64,000 nucleotides of DNA from Mytilus edulis. Its lineage: Eukaryota. The stretch covers positions 27,528,001 through 27,592,000 of the forward strand of contig NC_092350.1 of NCBI RefSeq assembly GCF_963676685.1, written 5' to 3'. The position numbers were made by a program, and so were the translations under genes. The notes beneath the pieces were generated by a model. That model searched no databases. It saw only the letters and a program-made list of their open reading frames with translations, and was not told where the DNA came from. Positions 13,201-25,100 of the stretch are shown piece by piece; the stretch's first letter is position 1, and every line of letters begins with the position of its first letter.

Positions 13201-13539
13201 GTCTTTTGTAAACAAGATGCGCGTCTGATGTACAAAGCTGTTCAATTAAGTAATAAATTTTAAAAATCTTTACAAGAAATATAATTGTGACACCTAAATT
13301 ACTTTTTAGCAATTATTACGTGGTCGGTCTTCTAAATTTAGAAACAAACACAGAAGCCTATCAGTACATTATAATACCTATTATATATGGTATACCTTAG
13401 AATACTAGGTTTGCAAAAGGACTATTTTCATATCGAATGTTTTTTGACATTTATCAAAGCCCTCGAACCTTACCATATTGGTCCATCGATATCAAACTTT
13501 ATTTTGATATACCTTTGTACTTTAGCAACAAAAAAAATC

Positions 13540-13820
13540 CCATCGCACTTTAAGTGTGAGACATCGTCGCACTTTAGTGTAGACCATCGTACTTTAGTGT
13601 AGACCATCGCACTTTAGTGTAGACCATCGACCATTGCACTTTAAGTGTGAGACATCGTCGTACTTTAGTGTAGACCATCGCACTTTAAGTGTGAGACATC
13701 GTCGTACTTTAGTGTAGACCATCGCACTTTAAGTGTGAGACATCGTCGTACTTTAGTGTAGACCATCGCACTTTAAGTGTGAGACATCGTCGTACTTTAG
13801 TGTAGACCATCGCACTTTAG
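13540..13820. repeat. Minisatellite, 44-bp higher-order unit built from ~20- and ~24-bp subunits
   Basis: atcgcactttaagtgtgagacatcgtcgtactttagtgtagacc repeats at 13677, 13721 and 13765; shorter subunits upstream. Confidence 0.93.
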
Positions 13821-13862
13821 ATTCCTACAAATACATTGTATTTGATATTAAACTGTCGTATA

Positions 13863-14153
13863 TAGTAGTCAGCACTTTGGTGTTGACATGACTACCATTA
13901 ATTATATGGTCATTTTTTTTTATAAATTTTCTGTTACAAAACTTTGAATTTTTAGAAAAACTAAGGATTTTCTTATCCTAGGAATAGATTACTCTAGCGG
14001 TATTGGCACAACTTTTGGGGAATTTTAGGTCCTCAATGCTCTTCAACTTTGTACTTGTTTGGCTTTATAACTATTTTGATCTAAACGTCACTTATGTAGA
14101 CGAAACGCGTGTTTTGCGTATTAAATTATAATTCTAGTACCTTTGATAACTAT
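13863..14153 (+). mobile_element. ~290-bp retrozyme-like unit with decayed hammerhead (CUGAUGA core deleted)
   Basis: acgtcacttatgtagacgaaacgcgtgttttgcgta at ~14085-14120 lacks tgatgagtc; same 3' end (ctttgataactat) as the 36.8 kb copy. Confidence 0.75.
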
Positions 14154-14923
14154 ATAGGACTGCTATTGACAAAGTTTGACAAAATGTTCTGCAAAATTAC
14201 TGGTGCATTCCTCTAAATTTCTTTATGTATTTTTCATATTAATGTCGATCAGTTTTCTTATTGACTGCAGAGATTATTTCAATCACTTCATTATAAAAAT
14301 CAAGTAAATTTAACAAATTACTGAAAATGAACATTCGCAGTTCATTATGTGTGTCAATTAAGTTTATTGGGATATACTAGTACCGTTATATTAGACGTAT
14401 GCACTCAATGCAATACAAATGCAACTATCAGTAAGACTGATTGAATGATGCACAGCAGCAAATAATCCGAGCCTTACCAGGTTATCTATCATAAGAATAT
14501 ACTGTGATATGTTTTATTCATAATACTACTTTAGCTGGTATCTAAATAAATTGTTTGTTTTGAAGGTACCTAAATAAGCTAACTGCAAAACGAAAGTTTG
14601 AATTATATTTAACATGTTTATGATGATGCTCTATTCTTAGGAAGAAAATCACACAGGAGGGTTACATTGATAAACCAAATGAAAACATAAACATAATTGT
14701 AGATTAAAGGATACGGTTCCAGATATATAATCTAAATGTTGTTGACAATGCTTTTAGTGACAGAACAATCACATTTTTTTATCAGTAATATAAATGGATA
14801 CACGTGGGCTTTAGGATTTTTCCACTTTGTTTTTAATGCATTGTTTTACATCACCACTCAATTATCGTGTACTATATAAGGTAGAATTACAACTGTGAAA
14901 TTTGAACAGTCAAGCAGTGTACA

Positions 14924-16057
14924 ATGGGTTCGATGGAATGGTTCATGCTACAAGAAGTTGCGACGTTTAGAAATGAATCAAACATTAAAACTTTAAGTGA
15001 TTATAACAAAGAAGAAGCATTACGAAGACTGGCTCCATTAATATATTTAGTAGTTATATTTATAATCGGAATAGTTGGTAATACTGTAGTATTGATTGTT
15101 TATCCGCTTACATTTCCAAGAAATACACATAGAACATTCATCGTTGGACTAGCTATTTCTGATTTGCTGGTGTGTTTGATTACTATACCGTTCGAAATTA
15201 TAGAAATGAGATTTCAGTATACGTTCTATAACGTGGTAGCCTGTAAAGTATTCAGAAGTCTTTCGTATTGGTTTAGTCTAGTGTCAATGATAATTTTGAT
15301 AGGATCTTCGTATGAAAAATACAGACGAATTTGTAAACCAATGAAGAAACAGATGACCGTCAAAGCATGTAGGATATACATTGTCACAATTTTTGTACTG
15401 ACACTTTTGTTTGTTTGGCCTAATTTGTTGTTCGGTGGAATACGTTTAGTAAAACTTAGTAATAATATAACTGGACACGACTGTTCATTATCAGACGATT
15501 ATGCTAAAACACTATTTCCGGTTGTCTCTGAAGGTATACTACTCTTTTTCACGATCATTTGTATATGTTTTCTGATAGTGATATATTCAATAATTGGCAG
15601 AAGGATATATATTCAGTCAAGCTTCAGGAAACAATTTGAAACACATTCAAGAGATACTAATACAAATTATGACAGGTCTTCTTTGGGTATAGCTACTACC
15701 GACAGTGTGCATGCTGACACGAAAAAGTCAAAAAACACAATAGAACATGAAGTAAGCGAAAGAGTCAACAAAATTCAGATTCGTTCCGTGCAGAAATTAA
15801 CCAAAATAGTCTTTGTCATAAGTGTGGTGTTTGTTCTTAGCTATATTCCACATTTGACAATAAGCTTAATGACAGCAATCAAAGGAGGGTTTCTTTTGCC
15901 GCCCGGTCCTGTTGTATCAGCCGCTTTACCCATTATAGCACGTTCGTTCATAATTAATAATGTAGCTAATCCGATCATTTATGGATTTATGGACTCTAGG
16001 TTTAGAAAAAACTGCAAATTTCATCTTTTTAAGATATTCAACTGTAAACAGACGTAA
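14924..16057 (+). CDS. Class A GPCR, peptide-receptor-like orphan, 377 aa, single coding exon
   Basis: GIVGNTVV, LAISDLLVCLITIPFE, ACK, SYEKYRRICKP (DRY position), FVWPN, HDCS, FVLSYIP, NPIIYGFMDSRFR; N-terminal sequon NES; ATG in good context (acaATGG). Confidence 0.95.
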   Translation: MGSMEWFMLQEVATFRNESNIKTLSDYNKEEALRRLAPLIYLVVIFIIGIVGNTVVLIVYPLTFPRNTHRTFIVGLAISDLLVCLITIPFEIIEMRFQYTFYNVVACKVFRSLSYWFSLVSMIILIGSSYEKYRRICKPMKKQMTVKACRIYIVTIFVLTLLFVWPNLLFGGIRLVKLSNNITGHDCSLSDDYAKTLFPVVSEGILLFFTIICICFLIVIYSIIGRRIYIQSSFRKQFETHSRDTNTNYDRSSLGIATTDSVHADTKKSKNTIEHEVSERVNKIQIRSVQKLTKIVFVISVVFVLSYIPHLTISLMTAIKGGFLLPPGPVVSAALPIIARSFIINNVANPIIYGFMDSRFRKNCKFHLFKIFNCKQT

Positions 16058-16469
16058 ACCATGTAATGCCTCATGAATTAAAGAAGAATGTTTTATCCGA
16101 TCGGGAGGATTCTTAAGGCTTTTCAGAAACTCATTTCCAGAATCACAAATTTTTCTCCTATATTTCTTCAGCTTGAAGTTGGTACTCTCCCTTTTGGAGA
16201 AATAAGAAGAGCGGCTTCGCTGCATTGAAGGTCAATGGGAAGTCAACATTTATCTGTGTTCAAATCCCGTTGAACTAAATATGATATTTGGCTTATATAA
16301 ATGAAAATAGAAAATAATCATAATGGTATTTTGTCTTTCAACTGCAGCATGCAACGTTTCGGACGTGAGTTTCTAGAATGTCCTACATATCTTTTTTTCT
16401 TCTAATAAATGAAAATATTAAAAACAATATTTTACAATTTATTTTGTTTTAACAAATGACAATCGATAT

Positions 16470-16900
16470 AAGAAGATGTGGTATGAGTGCCAATGAGATA
16501 ACTCTCCATCCAAGCCTCAATTTGTAAAAGTAAACCATTATAGGCCACAGTACGGTCTTCAAAACGGAGCCTTGACTCACACTGAAGAGCAAGCTATAAA
16601 GGGCAACAAAAATAACTAGTGTACAACCATTCAACATTGTTCAAACTGGAAAACCATTTGTCTAATCTAAATTAAAAAAAAAACGAGAAACACTAATGTC
16701 TTATTAACCACATCAACAAACGACAACCACTGAATATAAGGTTCCCGACTTTGGACAGGTGCAAACAAATGCAGCGGGTTTAAACGTTTTAATAGTAATA
16801 GTACACATATACCGACCTTCAACTTCACCTGAAATAATTGAGTAACATCACAACATAGAAAAACATGTACTATTAAATTTCAATTGAAATGGCTTAACTG
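16470..16900 (-). repeat. Dispersed non-coding repeat family D (also 42250-42612, 56000-56392; partials at 3455-3620, 28347-28487, 57283-57400; opposite strand at 21575-21860, 40360-40477, 44835-45086, 49430-49620)
   Basis: Shared aagatgtggtatgagtgccaatgagacaactctccatccaag...ggagccttggctcacaccgaacagcaagctataaagggcccc. Confidence 0.88.
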
Positions 16901-19508
16901 TCAAAAGACATATGAAAAAATCAAGTGAACACACAGAGCAAATAAATTTGACACTATGTAAATACAATACAATAAGGGGTGAAATGTTAAACAATATCAG
17001 AAAGACAACCATAAACTTGGACGACAAATATATACGATTCGGTACGTTACCTAACAATAACTACAGATATTCAGAGGATTTATTCTCTGGTAACAATGAT
17101 TTATGTCCTTTATGAGACCTTCAGTCTGTCATGAAAATTTTCTTATAAAAATGTGAAGTGAAAGGAACACATCCTCCTTTCCTATTGTTAAGTTTCCCTC
17201 TACTGACGCCTATGTTCAACCTTAACGAGTGAACATTACCAATCAATTTGGTATATATATGCATGTTCGTAGTATATTAATAAAGCGTCAAGTTAATATA
17301 CGTTTAGGAAGTTTCCTCTAAATATTTCTTTGCCTTATCAATTTAAGTGGTATAAATGGTCATGATCATAGTGTTTTGTTTTGTATTGCATTGAAATTCT
17401 GTACAGATCATATACTGTTAGCATAACACATAGAAGCTACTTCCTGTACTTCTATGTACTAAGTGCTGTATCTATCATATTCCGAAGAATATTGGTATTT
17501 TGTAACTGTAAAATAAAATAAAAATGTTTAAATGTTATTTTCTTTAAATGTATGATTTGTTAAGTTCATTTTCTGATTAGAGGTAACCGTTGTGATTTCA
17601 CATGCTCTATCTAAACCTTTCACTTGTTCGTGTTGATGTTCTATATTTATGGAACATGGGAAGTGCCTAACGCACAGGCACTTGCCTCGAGAAAAAAAAG
17701 TGACTGTGGCCTAACGTTAACTTGATGATAATAACACAATTTGGTGTCATATGCAAAATTTAGCTGTGACATTCTGTCAACTCTTTGCTAATTCGAATTG
17801 GCGAAGATTTAAAGCTGGCCATACTATTTTGACATGACAATGCTGACATGTAGATGTGTTGGTGTTACTGTTGTAAGAAATTTAGATTCCTTCACTGTGC
17901 AACAAGTGTGTTACGATAATAGGCTGTTTGCCAATTCCCGTAATTGACCCTGTAATTAGAGATCCCTTCATTTAGTTGTCTCCCTTATGAGGGACATAAA
18001 TTATTATTTACAATGGAGAGCTAGCAGAAAGAGCAAATATGCCAGTGCGTAATGTGAGTAATCTTTAAGGTTTTCAAATCTTTTAATTACATTAATTTGT
18101 TGTTCAGCTTAAATACTTTTGTCATCAGAAATAATTTAAAATGAAAAATTAGTTAAACCGGTCCGCCGATACATCACTTTCAATTCATCATGTTTTGCAT
18201 TGGCAAAAGCCATTTTTGTCCGGTATGGAACCAGTCTACGATTGACAAAGGGAAGTAATTTGTTTAAAAAGTAAATTCACAAAAATACTGAACTTAGAGG
18301 AAAGTCCATAATCACATGGCAAAATCAAATAACAAAACGCATCAAAAACGAAGGACAAGACAGGCATTTTCAAATGTAGAAAATGGTGGATTAAACCTGG
18401 TTTTATAGCGCTAACCCTCTCACTTTGATGACAGTCTCATCAAATTCCGTTATATTTACATTGATGCGTTAACTAAACAGACACAATAAATAAAATAGTC
18501 AAAATATGGGTACATCAGTCATCATCGTAAAACAATTTTAAAAGGAACAATTTAACAGAACACAAAAATATCTATCTACAAACACATTCATTGATTTGTG
18601 TGTCTGACGTCAGAAAATTTTATACGTCACATAGATTTGTCGTTCGATGTACATGAACAATTTTAAAATTTACATAGGCATTGTTAATTGTTAGCATATA
18701 GGGTTAAAAAATCAAAGTATGTAAAAATAAATTTCAGAAATAGACCGAGATTGAAAATAGTCCAAAAGTTATATATAGAATTTATAAGAATCCACAAATA
18801 GTTAATTCCACTACGCGAAAAGTGTGTAATAACAGAATCAAATCGGTAATTGGCAAATGGACCATTTCCACATTAAATGTTTGAAGCGCGAGGCTTGCCG
18901 AGCTTTTTGAATATTCAAAATTTAGCTGTTGAGAGTTGAGAAATATCGTCATACACGAGTTATAGTGGTGGAATCTGTTTCGCTAATACTTTGTATCCTT
19001 CCTCTTCAAAGATTTGCATTACGTTGTGTTCCTTATATATGTGACGTCCTCATACATTGTCGCCCTTTTTAATGACGTCACAGTAAAAAGATTCAGAAGA
19101 AAACAAGAAAAATTGACGTCATAATTAAATTTCGACCAATCAGTTGTCGAGAACAGATATTTCACTAGTGAGAAGAAATATTTTTCTCACACCGATTCAA
19201 AAATAAGAAGAAAGCACACACATTAAATAATACTGTTTCTTTGATATTTAACTCGTATTATGTTATGCCATATGACTATGAGTAATGAGTAAAACATTTT
19301 CAATTTGATATATTTATACACAGTCACTACATATGTACATTTGGTTACATTATGGTCATACAGCAAGGACATACTTCGTTAAAAGTCTTTATTCTGAGGT
19401 AATATTAAATCGCATGACTTACGTTCATACAAAATGATATATTCTTATCGTAAAGTATACCGAAATAATATTTAAACGTCTTATTGGCTTTCATAATAAA
19501 ATCTATTT

Positions 19509-20102
19509 TTAACTGAATGCTCCATCAAACCAGAACAAGCACGTGTTTGCTGCAACATGGTCGTAGACACGGTTTGCAAATGTTTTGCAATTGCTAAACA
19601 GTTCATCGAACTCTTTATTCAGCTCATTTTTATTGTAAAGCCAGCAAATCAAATCATTTACACTTTTGCTTCCTGAATCACTTTTTACCAAGTTTATTGG
19701 CGTTCGTCTGTATGTCTGTATATGCTTACATCGGACAGCTGACTCTAACTTGCTTCTCTGTATTGAGATGCAATCCGTATGTTTTTCAATTGACCACCAC
19801 CAAGATTTAGTTTTAAAGATAATGAAAAGATGGTACATAGTAAATGATGTCAATTGCCAGTTGTTTAAAGGTACTTTATATGCGTATACATTTAAAATAC
19901 GTTCCTCAGCATCCACAAGGGAAGAAAGCTTACCTAATCCTGCGTGTTCGATATAATAGTTTATTCCAAATTCATTGTCGGCCTCTGGGTCGAAATATAT
20001 CTGGTTCGACCAGCCTCCTTTTGCACTTTTTCTTTTCCTATACGTTTGACTCTTACTTTTAACTTTAGATCTGCTCGAAAAGGAGGACTTGCTTGCACCC
20101 AT
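19509..20102 (-). CDS. Putative N-myristoylated permuted papain-fold (PPPDE/DeSI- or LRAT-like) protein, 197 aa
   Basis: Internal ATG of the 224-aa ORF has strong Kozak context (acgATGG) and follows a splice-acceptor-like ttttctttctatgtgcattgtag. Begins MGASKS plus a K/R-rich stretch. Motifs ILNVY, YHLFIIF (H91), WWWSIEK, FDELFSNCKTFA (C172). AATAAA on minus strand at 19388-19393. Confidence 0.78.
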   Translation of the reverse strand: MGASKSSFSSRSKVKSKSQTYRKRKSAKGGWSNQIYFDPEADNEFGINYYIEHAGLGKLSSLVDAEERILNVYAYKVPLNNWQLTSFTMYHLFIIFKTKSWWWSIEKHTDCISIQRSKLESAVRCKHIQTYRRTPINLVKSDSGSKSVNDLICWLYNKNELNKEFDELFSNCKTFANRVYDHVAANTCLFWFDGAFS

Positions 20103-21407
20103 CGTGATCAAACTTTTTGACTTAACTACAATGCACATAGAAAGAAAATCAATAGAAATCATAATATTTTTGCAATAATTCATATTTGATATTAATATGC
20201 AGTAGTTTTTACAAAAACAATATTAAAACGGTTGATGCATGGTGATTTGGTAAATTGTGCCTACATTGCAAAATCAATGTGTATATATAGTTCTTTCTGC
20301 AAAAGTGTTTAATCAGTTTGTCCTTTTGATTTTGTCATGACTTCATCGGTCATTTTTCGATGTATGTTTAAGTTGCCCCCTCTGTATCAGTTTTATTTGT
20401 TTAATTGCACAGTTTTTAATATTATAACAAGGAAAATGACGGATGCATTTACTATAATCGGAGGAGGAACTGCGTGTTCAATCAGAGTGCACGATTTCAA
20501 AAACGGCATTAATCTGTTTAAAGGTTGCAGTTTGTATTGTTCATTTTGTTTATATTTGAATTCCCGTCTGTATTGGCTGATTCTCTTCCTGGCTCAATTA
20601 CTAAGTTATATGTGCGGTTTTTTTTTGTATTGTCATGGTTTTTGTTTTTACCATTATATTGTCTGTTTACCTTTACAAGAGAGGTACAAGAGATACTAGA
20701 GGGACATTCAAACTTACATGTATTAGTCGAAAATAAACTAACAACGCCATAGCTAAAAAGAAAAAAAGACCAACCGAGTATGACAAACAAATTCAATAGT
20801 ACTATACAAACACCAAAAACTTGCGGTGATCGCTAGTGCTTCGTTAGAGTAAGCAGATACTGCTTCACATGTGGCACCCGTCGTGTTTAAGTTATGATTT
20901 GTGATTGTTCACTGTTTGTGCTGTCTCTGTTTTCACTTATTGTTTTTGTTGAATCTGCTTTTTAATGAAATAAATATGAAAAGTAATGATTTTACTATTT
21001 TATTTTAATTGTTTTATACATTATTTGTTGTTTTTTTTTGGGGGGGGGGGGAACGGGTGGGGGGGGGGAAAACTTGATAGGGACTTAAAGCAACAACTTT
21101 TTTCTTTAATACGGCGAGAGCATTTCTTGCGCGAAATATTTCTGAACGATTTCTAACAAACCCATTGAAAAGCACATGTTATAAAAAGAGAACCCTGTAG
21201 CTTTTTATCGGACCACTTGTTTATTGATAGTTCAGAACTTACTGCTTTTACTATGAATCTGTTTCTTGAAATTTTTGTTCAGCTTGAAGTTTACGAATTG
21301 AAATGATTTGATATAATTCAAAAGCTTTTTTTTTTTTTTATCATTATGTTAAATGCAGACAAGAGTGTTGGCGCCTTCAAACTAGTTTTGACACGCCTCA
21401 TTCTATA

Positions 21408-21570
21408 CAGTGGCGGATCCAGAAATTTTCATAAGTGGGGGCCCACTGACTGACCTAAGAGGGGGCCCGCTCCAGTCACGCTTCAATGATTCCCTATATA
21501 AGCAACCAAATTTTTTCCCAAAAAGGGGGGGGGGCCGGGCCCCCTGGCCCCCCCTATAAATCCGCCTCTG
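21408..21570. mobile_element. MITE with TIRs cagtggcggat / atccgcctctg
   Basis: 163-bp GC-rich element with terminal inverted repeats; its 3' half also occupies positions 1-80; no clear TSD. Confidence 0.8.
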
Positions 21571-22087
21571 TTATATGTGCCTGTCCAAATTAGGAGACAC
21601 TAGTGGTTGCATGTCGTTTGTTGTGTATATATCGTTACTATTGTTCGTTCATTGTTTGGTACATAAAACAGGCCGTTAGTTTCCTCGTTAGAATTGTTTT
21701 ACATTTGTCAATTCGGATCCTTTTATTGCTGATGAGTATGTGGTATTGGTTATGCTCATTATTGAAGGCAGCACGGTGAACTTAAGTTGTAAACTTCTAT
21801 GCTCTTTTTCTCTGTTGAAGAGTTGTTTCTTTGCAATCATACCACATTTTCTTATTCTTATATATATCTAACCAAGAGCAGTCTTTTTTTCCTTAAAATT
21901 AAACACGGCATAAAATGAGGGCTTTGGTAAAATGCCCTATTTGATGCTCGTTTTTTCTTTTTAGAGGGTAAAAAAGGAAAGTGAGAAAAATCACTCGGTA
22001 ATTCTCACATGGATAAGTTTTCAGGAATCCAAAATTTAATCAATTTTCCATCTTGTGTTTGTAGATTTGTAAAAACAGTAGCAACTC

Positions 22088-22350
22088 CCTTGACACCATT
22101 TGCGAGTATGGTCTCGAGGAAACGATGATAGTCCGTCGGAAGGGGAAGATAAATGGCTGACCCGTGTTAAGAGAGAGCCATATCGCTTGCACGTAACTTA
22201 CAGACACCCTTGTAGAATTTGAAAAAGAGCAGGGTAATGCCGCTACAAGGCAGCACTCGCACCCGCAAAGTGAAAAGGGAATTATATAATATAAGTTGCA
22301 AAAATTGTTTCCAAATCAACTATAAATAAATATGTTTAAACTAAACTAAC
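22088..22350 (+). mobile_element. 5'-truncated SINE (V-SINE-like core) with (aaact)n tail
   Basis: gtccgtcggaaggggaagataaatgg...cttgcacgtaa core; ends aataaatatgtttaaactaaactaac. Confidence 0.5.
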
Positions 22351-23433
22351 GGACAGTACAGTATACTGTCATGGATTTTAGATTATAAATGGTTTACCGT
22401 TTCTTTTTTTGGATTCAAGTCGTATGCTTTGTTTTAAAACATTTTATCCTTCCTTATGAACAGGCTGAAATAAGGGGTGTCGATACAGCGTCACATTGTA
22501 TTATCACTTTCGTGATTTTGATATATATATATATATGATGTATATTGATCGGGATAAGTTCTTTGAAAATCATAAAAACTAACCGTGCTTGTTTTAAAGA
22601 ACAAAATGAAATGTATTCACCTAAAAATTTGTCATTTTTAAAAAGTAGAATAATAATAAGTAAGTAATACATGATCAGCAAAATTGGCTTATCTATAAAA
22701 CTAAATTGATGTTGGATCTTATCCGATTGGTAAATCTGCGCAATTGTAAAATTTCAGATTTGAAGATTCCGTAATGGATATCGTAATGTATAATATTATA
22801 GGTATGGAAATGCGTTTCACAGATTTAGTACAAAGAAAAAACAAACCAAAAAAGAAAATGACAGTTTTTGGTAAAAGTTGAACTTACCTTTTACTGTCAG
22901 TGTAAAAATCTCCTTGACTTCATAAAATTAGCAACTTTAATTATTAAGCGGTTTAGCTTCACCTCAAATGGCAACAATTTGCTTCGGGTATTTGTCCCTC
23001 TTTCCGCTATTTGTAACAATCACTTTCTTGTACTGTTCATGATGACGTAAAAACCTATACATGATCTTCGTGTTGGTGCTTTTTCCCGGAAAAAAATATG
23101 ACGTCACATCGCAAATGTCTACTGAACGTTAACATATATGTCACTATGACATACCACCAACGACCAATACCATGTCAACCGGGGTAGTTCAACGTAATTA
23201 GAATCTCGTGTATTCCTGTGACATTATGTTGCCAGATAGTATATATAGGGATGATACCCAGGCTGATATGGAAAAGGCCATGTATTAATCGCTTTATCAT
23301 ATACTTCCGACAATAGTTTTATGTAAGGCAAATAAACAAATGCAATAACTAAAACAGTCAAAAACTGTATAAAGAAGTTAAATTATGAATCAAATATACT
23401 ATAATTGTCCAACAACAGCATCACTACCTCCAT

Positions 23434-23661
23434 AGTGGGTCTCATTAGGGTCTAAGCGTGACGCGGGATTGCCGATTGTTTATAACCGTGAAACGTGAAA
23501 GTCGAATTATTGTGCCGTGAAAACGGGAACTGAAGTCTAGCGGGACACGGGAAATTACAAAAAAAAAAAATGAAAATTGCTTACGTACATAGCGTAAGCG
23601 GGATACGGGAATCTGACAAAACAGTAAGACCCGGGATCAGAACCCCCCAATGAGACCCTCT
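23434..23661. mobile_element. 228-bp MITE inserted into another repeat
   Basis: TIRs agtgggtctcatt / aatgagaccctct; the empty site is visible in the host-repeat copy at ~55195-55230. Confidence 0.82.
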
Positions 23662-24419
23662 CAATATATATGTATGGTAACATTTCCTATAGAGGCATTT
23701 TGAAACATTGAAAATTTGGAAGAGTTCTATGATAATTATTACTAACTGTTTGTTGAACTATAAAATGATTCTTAATTGCCCTTGGGCTGATATTGATGTC
23801 TCGGGATGATACGACATATGATACGGATTTTGCCATGTATTATTCTCTATATATTTAACGTGAGGGTACCAATATTGCACCTACTTTGACCGTTTTTTCA
23901 CTTACGTTTTTTTTTATAATCCTGACAAAGTTAACATATGTGTTTATTTTGTAGATGTATCCTTATTTACTATATAGTTACACCAATATAATTTTGAATC
24001 CGTATTGAATCGTAGAAAAGTGGACTTGAACCGACCTCCAAACGTCGGATCCACAATTCTGTAATGTGGAGTACCAACTTTGCATCAATGCTTAAATTCA
24101 CAGATGTTTTGTTCTATTTCTTCAAATATTTATAACAATTTGACATTAGTCCGTGATTACTCTTAATTTTTTAAGAAATGGATGCTTGTAACATATTCAA
24201 TTTGTTCATTTTTAAAAAGATGATTTTTTGAGAACGTTGCATGGCGACGTTTCCGAAGATTAACTTTTTCAAGTGAATGTTTCATTTGTTAATATTAACT
24301 TTGAACGTGAAAATATGTTGAAAGCCGTTTACTATGTCAAAGTTTATCATAAAAATACAAACTGGTAAGTCTCAAAGAAAACTTGTAAGATTTCCGCATA
24401 TGGAACGCCGACACTGTCT

Positions 24420-25100
24420 TATTATGACATTTCTCTTTATATGATGTTCATTTGCCATTATGTTATGTCATTTTACCCTTATTTGATGTGCAAATGACAT
24501 TATATGATGTGCACTTGTCCTTATATGATGTACACTTGTTATTATATGATGTGAACTTGTCCTTATAAGATGTACACTTGTCATTATATGATGTGAACTT
24601 GTCCTTATATAATGTCCAAACACATTTATATGAGATGCAAACATCTTTATATCATGTCCACAATTCATTATATGATGTGCTTTTTCCATTATGTTATGTG
24701 ATTGCGTCCTTATATTATGTGATGCTTTCCTTGTACGATGTAGAAACGGCATTATGTGATGTGCAATCACCTTTATACGATATGCAATCACCTTTATATG
24801 ATGACAATTTTACATTATCGGATGTGCAAATTATCTTATATGATGTGCAAATGGTCTTATATGATGTGCAAATTATCTTATATCATGTACAGATGTCTTT
24901 ATATTATATGCAAACTTCTTTATATGCTGTGAACGTATACTTATGTTATGTGCTAACATCGTTACATGATGTGGTAAGGTCATTATATTACGACAATGTA
25001 ATATCATAGGTTGTGGTTCGGTTTACATCTTTACATGGTGTCAGAACATCATTCATTATGATGATGTCGAAACATCATTAAGATGATGTGCATTCATCGT
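24420..25100. repeat. Degenerate 21-bp tandem array within a dispersed element
   Basis: ttatatgatgtgcaaatNNNN period gives heptad-periodic ORFs on both strands. Array and flank 25050-25175 recur inverted at 28670-28935. Confidence 0.88.

Noticed and set aside
13540-13820. CRISPR-like array
   Set aside because: Units are directly adjacent with no unique spacers, no cas genes, and the context is eukaryotic.
14873-14879. TATA box for the second GPCR
   Set aside because: tatataa is common in this AT-rich DNA and a nearby ttgaacag could equally be a splice acceptor; not supportable without TSS data.
20103-20183. N-terminal 27 aa (MNYCK...) of the 224-aa ORF
   Set aside because: Overlaps a splice-acceptor-like tract; the downstream ATG has better context and exposes the myristoylation motif.
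24468-25009. His-rich and LYDV heptad-repeat ORFs (also 28667-28924)
   Set aside because: By-products of the 21-bp DNA period; open on both strands and located in a dispersed repeat.
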